Below, in pieces: positions 39,499 through 46,251 of a stretch of 46,251 nucleotides of DNA. A program made the translations under genes and the position numbers. The DNA is from Candidatus Omnitrophota bacterium (GTDB lineage Bacteria; Omnitrophota; Gorgyraeia; Duberdicusellales; 4484-171). Below the pieces are notes generated by a model. That model made no database searches. It was not told the origin of the DNA and worked only from the letters and a program-made list of their open reading frames with translations. The stretch spans positions 1-46,251 of the forward strand of contig JAIPGM010000012.1 in assembly GCA_021735655.1 (NCBI GenBank). Direction: 5' to 3'. Position 1 is the first letter of the stretch; each line of letters starts with the position of its first letter.

Positions 39499-40241
39499 GT
39501 GAGCTTTTGACTCCTGAAGAGTTTGCCTTAATGCGAAAGGCAGGCAAGGTGGCCTCAAGGGTGCTAAGGCGTTTGAAGCGTTTTATCAAAGATGGGATTA
39601 CAACAAAAAGCATTGAAGAGTTCTTTGAGAAAGAGCTAGATAAGTATCCTGGTATGGAGCCCGCATTTAAGGGGTTTATGGGTTATCCGGCTTCGTTGTG
39701 CGTTTCGGTTAACGAGGAGATAATTCATGGTATCCCTTCGAAACGCCAGATTAAAGATGGTGACCTGGTTAGCGTAGATTTAGGGATAAAGTATCAGGGT
39801 TTGTTCGTTGATACGGCTTATACTTATATGGTTGGCAGAGTTTCACCTCAAGCTAAGAAGCTGGTGAGAGTAACCTTGAAGTCGCTTTACGCTGGAATAG
39901 GTTCGATAAGCTTAAGCGGTCGGCTTGGTGATGTAAGCTCAGCAGTACAGACTGAAGTCGAGCGAAATGGGTTTTCGGTGGTACGTAGATTTGTCGGACA
40001 CGGAATAGGTAAATCTTTACATCTTCCGCCGGAAGTACCAAACTTTGGAAATAGAGGCGATGGGCCAAAATTAGTAGTTGGTTCAGCGATTGCAATCGAG
40101 CCGATGGTTTCAGCCGGATCTTATAAGGCGGACATCTTAGGCGATGGTTGGACTGCCAGAACAAGCGATGGATCAATGTCAGCTCATTTTGAACATACAG
40201 TGGCGATAACTAGTAAAGGACCTAGGGTGATTACCCGGTAA
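39495..40241 (+). CDS. map: type I methionine aminopeptidase
   Basis: 248 aa with the pita-bread fold metal ligands (D…D…H…E…E pattern). Confidence 0.93.
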   Translation: MSELLTPEEFALMRKAGKVASRVLRRLKRFIKDGITTKSIEEFFEKELDKYPGMEPAFKGFMGYPASLCVSVNEEIIHGIPSKRQIKDGDLVSVDLGIKYQGLFVDTAYTYMVGRVSPQAKKLVRVTLKSLYAGIGSISLSGRLGDVSSAVQTEVERNGFSVVRRFVGHGIGKSLHLPPEVPNFGNRGDGPKLVVGSAIAIEPMVSAGSYKADILGDGWTARTSDGSMSAHFEHTVAITSKGPRVITR

Positions 40242-40267
40242 ATATCTGTTAGCAGGCAGAAAATAAT

Positions 40268-40486
40268 ATGGCAAAAGAAGATTTAATTGAGGTTGAGGGA
40301 GAAATAGTCGAAACGTTACCTAACGCTATGTTTAGGGTTAAGATCGATAATGGACATGTTGCGTTGGCTCATGTTTCTGGTAAGATGCGAATGCATTTTA
40401 TCCGAATTCTTCCTGGCGATCGCGTTAAGCTAGAGCTTTCTCCGTACGATTTGTCGCGGGGAAGAATAACTTATCGACATAAGTAG
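40268..40486 (+). CDS. infA: translation initiation factor IF-1
   Basis: 72 aa S1-like OB fold ([24 protein letters not shown]…). Confidence 0.95.
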   Translation: MAKEDLIEVEGEIVETLPNAMFRVKIDNGHVALAHVSGKMRMHFIRILPGDRVKLELSPYDLSRGRITYRHK

Positions 40487-40529
40487 CGGTAAGAATAAGT
40501 ATCGTTTTAATTATTAATTCGGAGAGTAT

Positions 40530-40643
40530 ATGAAAGTACGAGCGTCAGTAAAAAAAATTTGTGATAAGTGTAAGATAATAATGCGGAAAAGGGTGGTAAG
40601 GGTTATTTGTGAAAACCCTAAACACAAGCAAAGACAAGGTTAG
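40530..40643 (+). CDS. rpmJ: 50S ribosomal protein L36 (zinc-ribbon C+ form)
   Basis: Not in the ORF track because it is under 60 aa. My own translation is [37 protein letters not shown], carrying the CxxC…CxxxxH motif. GGAGAG SD upstream. Sits at the canonical position between infA and rpsM. Confidence 0.9.
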   Translation: MKVRASVKKICDKCKIIMRKRVVRVICENPKHKQRQG

Positions 40644-40651
40644 GAGGAATA

Positions 40652-41023
40652 ATGCCAAGAATTTTCGGTGTCGATATCCCAAAAAATAAAAAAATTAGAG
40701 TTTCTTTGTGCTATGTTTACGGTATTGGTCCGGTAAGAGCTTTAGAAATTCTGAACAATCTAAAAATAGATCCTGAAAGAAAGGCTTTAAGCTTAAGCGA
40801 TGAAGAGATTTCGCAAATAGCTACTCACGTTCAAAATAATTATCGAATCGAGGGTGAACTTCGTCGGGAAATTTCTCAAAATATACGCAGATTAATTGAT
40901 ATTGGTTCTTATCGAGGTTCGCGTCACAAAAAAGGCTTGCCAGTGCGCGGGCAACGAACAAAATGTAATGCCCGTACTCGCAAAGGTCCTAGGCCACGAG
41001 TAGGTGGAATTAAAGGTAAGTGA
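40652..41023 (+). CDS. rpsM: 30S ribosomal protein S13
   Basis: MPRIFGVDIPKNKKI…, the canonical S13 N-terminus. Confidence 0.95.
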   Translation: MPRIFGVDIPKNKKIRVSLCYVYGIGPVRALEILNNLKIDPERKALSLSDEEISQIATHVQNNYRIEGELRREISQNIRRLIDIGSYRGSRHKKGLPVRGQRTKCNARTRKGPRPRVGGIKGK

Positions 41024-41032
41024 GGATAATCT

Positions 41033-41425
41033 ATGGCAAAAAAACGACGTAAAGAAAAGAAAAAACGACAACCGTTAACTTCAAGCATCGGAATAGCTCA
41101 TATCATGGCAACTTTTAATAATACGATAGTTTCAATTACTGACATGAAAGGTAATGTTTTGGCTTGGTGTTCAGCCGGAAAGGTTGGGTTTAAGGGGGCA
41201 AAAAAATCTACACCTTATGCGGCCCAAATGGCTTCGTTGCAGGTTGCTCGTGAGGCAAGAGACATGGGGTTGAGAGAATTGGAAGTTTTAGTAAAGGGTC
41301 CTGGTCCAGGAAGGGAATCGGCCATACGGTCTTTGCAGGCGGCTGGCCTAAGTGTAAAAAGAATAAAGGATATTACTCCGACGCCACATAATGGTTGTCG
41401 GCCAAAGAAAAAACGAAGAGTTTAA
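41033..41425 (+). CDS. rpsK: 30S ribosomal protein S11
   Basis: 130 aa S11 (…[18 protein letters not shown]…). Confidence 0.95.
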   Translation: MAKKRRKEKKKRQPLTSSIGIAHIMATFNNTIVSITDMKGNVLAWCSAGKVGFKGAKKSTPYAAQMASLQVAREARDMGLRELEVLVKGPGPGRESAIRSLQAAGLSVKRIKDITPTPHNGCRPKKKRRV

Positions 41426-41440
41426 TAAAGAGAGGGAGAT

Positions 41441-42073
41441 ATGGGAAGATATTTAGAAGCAAAGTGTAAATTGTGCCGCAGGGCAGATATGAAATTATTT
41501 TTAAAGGGGACACGTTGCATTACCGAAAAATGTGCTTTCGCAAAGCGGCCAACGCCTCCGGGAGCTAGTCAAAATAGACGTCGTTCAAAACCTAGCTATT
41601 ATGCTTTGCAGTTACGCGAAAAACAGAAGGTAAAACGGATGTATGGTATGCTTGAGAAGCAGTTTAAACGTTTTTTTTCCATAGCTAATAAATCTCGCGG
41701 AGCTACTGGCCGGGTTTTAATCCAGCTTCTTGAGCGACGGATAGATAATGTGATATACCGTTCGTTGTTTGCTTTTTCTCGTAATCAGGCGCGTCAGATA
41801 GTTAGGCATGGTTTTGTCTTTAGTGGTGGAAAACGAGTGGATATACCTTCTTATATAGTGAAAGAGGGTGAGCAGATAGAGATTAGAGCTAAGGACAGCA
41901 TTAAGCAAGGTCTAGCTGAAAATTATGAACTTAATTCAAAGGATCGCAGTGTTGCTTCATGGATTGAAGTAAATAAAGACAATTATTCTATAAAAATTGT
42001 ACGATTTCCTGAAAAGGAAGATTTGATTCTTTCAGTTGACGAGCAGTTAATCGTAGAGCTTTATTCTAAGTAA
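41441..42073 (+). CDS. rpsD: 30S ribosomal protein S4 (N-terminal Cys4)
   Basis: N-terminal CKLC…C…C Zn-binding-type segment plus an S4 RNA-binding domain. Confidence 0.95.
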   Translation: MGRYLEAKCKLCRRADMKLFLKGTRCITEKCAFAKRPTPPGASQNRRRSKPSYYALQLREKQKVKRMYGMLEKQFKRFFSIANKSRGATGRVLIQLLERRIDNVIYRSLFAFSRNQARQIVRHGFVFSGGKRVDIPSYIVKEGEQIEIRAKDSIKQGLAENYELNSKDRSVASWIEVNKDNYSIKIVRFPEKEDLILSVDEQLIVELYSK

Positions 42074-42078
42074 GATAT

Positions 42079-42092
42079 AATTCGACTAAAAG
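42079..42092 (+). repeat. AATTCGACTAAAAG motif copy 2 (upstream of rpoA); second block AAAGTTTCATTAAAGGGGG at 42105-42123
   Basis: See copy 1. Sits in the rpsD-rpoA spacer. Confidence 0.5.
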
Positions 42093-42130
42093 GCTTTTAA
42101 AATTAAAGTTTCATTAAAGGGGGTAAAAAG

Positions 42131-43120
42131 ATGGGGATAACCTGGCGGGATTTTCAGTTTCCTAAGCGTGTAACAGTTGAACAAGAAGATTATAGCTCGA
42201 ATTATGGAAAGATTATCGCCGAACCTCTTGAAAGAGGCTATGGGGTGACCTTAGGTAATGTTTTACGTAGGGTTCTTCTTTCTTCAATAGAGGGTACTGC
42301 AGTGACTTCAGTAAAAATAGATGGGGTTTCGCATGAATTTTCAGCTGTTGAGGGGGTTCTCGAAGATATTCCGGAGATGATTCTTAATATTAAGAATTTA
42401 GTTTTACGGTCGTATTCCCGAGCACCTAAGAAAATATATATAAAGGCTGAAGGCGAGCAGATAATAACGGCTAAAGATGTGGTAACTAACGAGACTATTG
42501 AGGTTATTAACCCTGATTTACATATTGCTACGCTTACTTCTAAAAAGTCTAAGCTCAATATAGAGATGGAAGTTGGACGCGGCCGTGGTTTTGTTCCGGC
42601 TGAGATCAATAAACGTGAAGGAATGGCTATAGGGGTTATCCCGATTGATTCAATTTTCACCCCGGTTAAACGGGTTGCTTTTAAAGTTGAGAATACCCGT
42701 GTTGGCAAACGAACTGATTACGACAAACTTGTGCTAGAAATTTTTACTAATGCAAGTATTGAGCCTAAGGAAGCTTTGATCTATGCAGCCAAGGTTATGA
42801 GTAAACATCTTGAGTTGTTTTTTACTCTTGGTGAGCTTCCGGAGGATGATTTCGAAGAACTTACTCCTGAGGAATCTGCTCTTTATGAAAAACTTAAGAT
42901 TCCGGTTTCTGAGCTTGAACTGAGCGTCCGTAGCGCCAATTGTCTTCGCGAAGCCAATATAAAGACTTTGTCAGAATTGGTTGAGAAGACAGAGCCAGAG
43001 ATACTTTCTTATCGTAATTTCGGAAAGAAATCGCTTAATGAAGTCGGAGCATTGCTTAAAACAATGGGGATATCTTTTGGGATGAAAATTGATAAAGATA
43101 AATTAAATAATTCAAAATGA
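42131..43120 (+). CDS. rpoA: DNA-directed RNA polymerase subunit alpha
   Basis: NTD dimerisation domain and C-terminal HhH CTD (…LSVRSANCLR…). Confidence 0.95.
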   Translation: MGITWRDFQFPKRVTVEQEDYSSNYGKIIAEPLERGYGVTLGNVLRRVLLSSIEGTAVTSVKIDGVSHEFSAVEGVLEDIPEMILNIKNLVLRSYSRAPKKIYIKAEGEQIITAKDVVTNETIEVINPDLHIATLTSKKSKLNIEMEVGRGRGFVPAEINKREGMAIGVIPIDSIFTPVKRVAFKVENTRVGKRTDYDKLVLEIFTNASIEPKEALIYAAKVMSKHLELFFTLGELPEDDFEELTPEESALYEKLKIPVSELELSVRSANCLREANIKTLSELVEKTEPEILSYRNFGKKSLNEVGALLKTMGISFGMKIDKDKLNNSK

Positions 43121-43632
43121 GGCATAGAAAGAAAAGCGAAAAACTATCTCGTTCTCGGGCTCAGAAAAAAGCTTTAGTCAAATCTCTTGTGAGGGCTGTG
43201 CTTATTGACGAAAGGATCAAGACGACTACTTCCCGAGCAAAATATTTACGTGGTGAAGTCGATAGGCTAATTACTAAAGGCAAAAACGACACCTTGTCTT
43301 CGCGGCGTTTAGTTTATCGAAAGCTTGGCGACCATAAATTAGTTAAGCGGCTTTTTGAAGTCATAGCTCCACGTTTTAAATCAATTAATGGAGGATACAC
43401 TCGAACCGCCCATCTCATTTCGCGCAAAGGTGATGGGGCTAGCATGTCATTGTTGGAGTTGACCAAGCGCGAGGTTAAAAAGAAAGTTTTGAAAGGAAAG
43501 AAAGCTAAAGATAATGCTATTGACGTTGATAATCAAGAAGAGGCCTTAGCTTTAAAAAAACCGGAGAAGAAAAAAGGTATTATTTCCGGAGTGAAAAAGA
43601 TTTTTAAAAAAGAGCGCGATCTATTAAAATAA
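43117..43632 (+). CDS. rplQ: 50S ribosomal protein L17 (Lys-rich C-terminal extension)
   Basis: MRHRKKSEKLSRSRAQKKAL…, an L17 core, plus a charged C-terminal tail of about 50 aa. Confidence 0.92.
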   Translation: MRHRKKSEKLSRSRAQKKALVKSLVRAVLIDERIKTTTSRAKYLRGEVDRLITKGKNDTLSSRRLVYRKLGDHKLVKRLFEVIAPRFKSINGGYTRTAHLISRKGDGASMSLLELTKREVKKKVLKGKKAKDNAIDVDNQEEALALKKPEKKKGIISGVKKIFKKERDLLK

Positions 43633-43654
43633 TCTTGCGGAGTCATTATTTAAT

Positions 43655-44809
43655 ATGATTAATCCTCATGTAACCGCATTAAATAAATCAGCCACCCTAA
43701 AAATAACCGCTTTAACTAAGAAACTGATCCGAGAAGGCAAAGATGTTGTGAATTTTGCCGCCGGAGAACCTGATTTTGACACTCCCGAATTCATTAAGGC
43801 CGCCGCCAAAAAAGCAATTGATGAAGGTTTTACCAAATATACTCCTTCTTGTGGTTTGCCGGCGCTCCGTGAAGCAATTGCAACTAAGTTATCGCAAGAG
43901 AACCAGATACCCACTAAGGCCGAGAATGTTATTGTAACTTCAGGCGCTAAGTATGCGCTGTATGTGGCCTTGACTACTCTTTTAACTAAGGATGACGAAG
44001 TCATTATCCCTTCACCGCATTGGGTTAGTTATCCGGAGATGGTTGAGCTTGCTGGAGCAACGACTAAATATTTACTTACTAATGAGGCCGATAATTTTAA
44101 AATCAATCCCGTTGATTTAGCCCGAAGCATTGGACCAAAAACAAAAGTTTTAATTCTTAACTACCCTAGTAATCCGACTGGTGCTACTTATACTCAAGGG
44201 GAACTGGAAGAAATTTATAAGGTTATTGAGGGTAATAACATTTTTGTCATTAGCGATGAGATATATGAGGTTTTGACCTATGATTCCCAAAAGCATAGTA
44301 GCTTTGCAGCTTGCTCTTCAGCTGCTAGTCGGACGATAACCGTTAATGGGTTTTCAAAGACTTTTTCAATGACTGGATGGCGTTTGGGTTATTTGGCCGG
44401 TCCAGTTGAAATAATTAATCAAGCTTCAAAAATAATTGATCACACCACTTCTTGTGCTTGCGCTATATCACAGAGGGCAGCCTTGGCAGCCCTCGGGAAT
44501 AAAGAATGGCTGAAAGAGGTTAAGAAAATATTTCAGGAACGTAGGGATATTTTCTTGCATGGTCTTGAGCAGTTGCCTAAACTTAAACCAATTAAACCCG
44601 AGGGAACTTTTTATCTTTTTTGTGATATCCGTCCATCAGGTTTAGATTCCTTTGATTTTGCAACTCAACTTCTTGAGAAACATTTAGTTTCTTGCATTCC
44701 AGCCGATCCTTTTGGCAAACCCGGATTTTTGCGAATGAGCTTTGCAACTAGCAAAGAACAGATTAATAAGGGTCTTGAAAGAATTAAGAAGTTTTTATCA
44801 GAAATTTAG
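43655..44809 (+). CDS. PLP-dependent class I/II aminotransferase (aspartate aminotransferase family)
   Basis: PLP-lysine motif SKTFSMTGWRLGY and fold-type I features. 384 aa. Confidence 0.8.
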   Translation: MINPHVTALNKSATLKITALTKKLIREGKDVVNFAAGEPDFDTPEFIKAAAKKAIDEGFTKYTPSCGLPALREAIATKLSQENQIPTKAENVIVTSGAKYALYVALTTLLTKDDEVIIPSPHWVSYPEMVELAGATTKYLLTNEADNFKINPVDLARSIGPKTKVLILNYPSNPTGATYTQGELEEIYKVIEGNNIFVISDEIYEVLTYDSQKHSSFAACSSAASRTITVNGFSKTFSMTGWRLGYLAGPVEIINQASKIIDHTTSCACAISQRAALAALGNKEWLKEVKKIFQERRDIFLHGLEQLPKLKPIKPEGTFYLFCDIRPSGLDSFDFATQLLEKHLVSCIPADPFGKPGFLRMSFATSKEQINKGLERIKKFLSEI

Positions 44810-44818
44810 AAATTAATC

Positions 44819-46069
44819 ATGACTAAGACAATAATTGAGAAAATTCTTTCTCAACATGCTGGGAAAAGCCTTCAGGCTCAAGATGTGGCTATTTGCAAGG
44901 TTGATTTTTGCTTTTCTCAGGACGGAACAACTTCCTTGGTCGTCGACAGCCTTAAAGCTTCTAAAGGAAAACTTTGCAATTCTAAAAAATATGCAATGTT
45001 TATTGATCACTCGAGTCCATCTCCTAGCTTAGGTGTGTCTCGAGTACATTCAGGTATGCGTAATTTTAGCAGACAAAATAACAATTTATTTTTTGATGTT
45101 GGTTGTGGAATTTCACATCAGCTAGTTATTGAAAAGGGGTTTGCTTATCCAGGAGCACTCATCCTAGGGGCTGATTCTCATACCTCAACTGCTGGAGCAT
45201 TGGGTGCGGCTGCTTTTGGAGTTGGTTCTACTGATTTGGCAGTTGCCCTGACAACCGGGAAAAATTGGTTTAAAGTTCCTGAAACGATAAAGATAATTAT
45301 TAAAGGAAAAATTCCCCAAGGAGTCTATGCTAAAGATATTATTCTGCATATTATTCATAAGCTAGGCGCTAATGGAGCAACTTATAAAGCTATTGAGTTT
45401 TCCGGTGAAGTTATCGATAAACTTTCAGTGGATGCGCGTTGTACAATCACCAATATGACTATTGAGTTCGGGGCAAAGTGTGGAATTATCGCTCCCGATA
45501 AAAAAACTAGTAAATATCTTGATGGCTTAGGTGTAAAAAAATATCCGGAAATTTATGCCGACAAAAAATGTCGGTATCAGAAAATAATTGAGTTTGATGT
45601 TTCAAAATTGTCTCCCTGTCTTGCGAAGCCGCATAGTGTTGATAATGGTGTGAGGGTGGAAGAATTAGAAGGTTTGAAGATTAACCAGGCTTTTCTGGGG
45701 ACTTGTACTAATGGTCGATTGGAGGATTTAGAAATTGCTGCAGCGATTATTAAAGGCCACAAGGTCCACCGTGATCTAAAGTTTCTTGTAGCTCCAGCGT
45801 CACAAAAAGTATTTCTAAAGGCTTTAAAAAAGGGTATACTGAGAGTATTCATTGAGGCGGGAGCGATTATACTGCCTGTGGGGTGTGGCCCTTGCGTTGG
45901 TACACATCAGGGTGTTCCGGCTGACAATGAAGTTGTTGTTTCAACGGCTAATCGTAATTTTAAAGGACGAATGGGCAACCCAAAGAGTTTTATCTATTTA
46001 GCTTCTCCGGCGACAGTTGTTGCTTCGGCAATTTTGGGAAAAATTGCCGACCCAAGAAAATTTTTATAG
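44819..46069 (+). CDS. leuC: aconitase-family dehydratase large subunit (3-isopropylmalate dehydratase/homoaconitase LeuC, short type 2)
   Basis: 416 aa. Aconitase motifs, including the Fe-S ligand region (…GTCTNGR… …VGCGPCVG…). Confidence 0.75.
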   Translation: MTKTIIEKILSQHAGKSLQAQDVAICKVDFCFSQDGTTSLVVDSLKASKGKLCNSKKYAMFIDHSSPSPSLGVSRVHSGMRNFSRQNNNLFFDVGCGISHQLVIEKGFAYPGALILGADSHTSTAGALGAAAFGVGSTDLAVALTTGKNWFKVPETIKIIIKGKIPQGVYAKDIILHIIHKLGANGATYKAIEFSGEVIDKLSVDARCTITNMTIEFGAKCGIIAPDKKTSKYLDGLGVKKYPEIYADKKCRYQKIIEFDVSKLSPCLAKPHSVDNGVRVEELEGLKINQAFLGTCTNGRLEDLEIAAAIIKGHKVHRDLKFLVAPASQKVFLKALKKGILRVFIEAGAIILPVGCGPCVGTHQGVPADNEVVVSTANRNFKGRMGNPKSFIYLASPATVVASAILGKIADPRKFL

Positions 46070-46251
46070 TTTGAGTAAGCCCAGGTATTTTAGGTATCAG
46101 GGTAGTGTTATCAAAGGAGATGATACGATAATTGTTCAATGATAGTTGGTGAAAACTCTGGATTATCAGTAGAATAAATAGATAGTCACAGAGTAGATAG
46201 GTTATAGGTTGTATTGTTTTTCTGGGGCTTAATTGACCCCGTAAAGGAGAT

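Noticed and set aside
42238-42708. 156-aa minus-strand ORF
   Set aside because: Antisense to rpoA. Composition typical of a shadow ORF.
46224-46240. GGGG-CTTAATTGA-CCCC hairpin as intrinsic terminator of leuC
   Set aside because: It is not followed by a U-tract; an AAGGAG SD follows immediately. More likely part of the next gene's leader.

Overview
AT-rich bacterial chromosomal segment with every supported gene on the + strand. It is almost entirely core housekeeping and contains no obvious defence island, mobile element or CRISPR array. The features run in five blocks.

1. 142-2258: an ExbB/ExbD (MotA/TolQ family) stator pair, followed by three small uncharacterised genes: a membrane-anchored 195-aa protein, a 73-aa transmembrane plus zinc-ribbon protein, and a 74-aa winged-helix protein.

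2. 2336-13333: tRNA-Ala(CGC), then RNA-modification genes (rsmE, mtaB, a pseudouridine synthase), an LPS-core-like trio (GT2, GmhB-like HAD phosphatase, GT28), a PriA homolog whose helicase/ATPase motifs are all degenerate, fmt, acylphosphatase, a metallophosphoesterase and ligA.

3. 13401-13903: a strong sigma70-like promoter, tRNA-Thr(GGT), an unusual 240-nt structured spacer, and tRNA-Trp(CCA).

4. 13930-43632: a contiguous, tightly packed secE-nusG-rplKAJL-rpoBC-rpsLG-fusA-tuf-S10-spc-alpha supercluster of about 30 kb. The spc block includes an untracked rpmJ, lacks rpmD, and has rpsE and rplO overlapping by 47 nt.

5. 43655-46069: an aminotransferase and a type-2 LeuC.

Sequence-level oddities:
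- EF-Tu carries a CxC-x4-CxxC cluster where other bacteria have an acidic loop.
- L24 carries a CxxC...CxxC pair in its C-terminal hairpin.
- L3 has an acidic insertion of about 50 aa.
- L4, S5, L22 and L17 carry Lys-rich extensions.
- The canonical L1 and L10 autoregulatory leaders are absent because the genes abut or overlap.
- A 13-14-nt motif, AATTCGACTAAA, plus AAGTTTCATT are shared upstream of both rpoB and rpoA.

I find no convincing novel multi-gene system. The best candidates for follow-up are the ATPase-dead PriA, the exbBD-associated three-gene module, and the shared rpoB/rpoA upstream motif.
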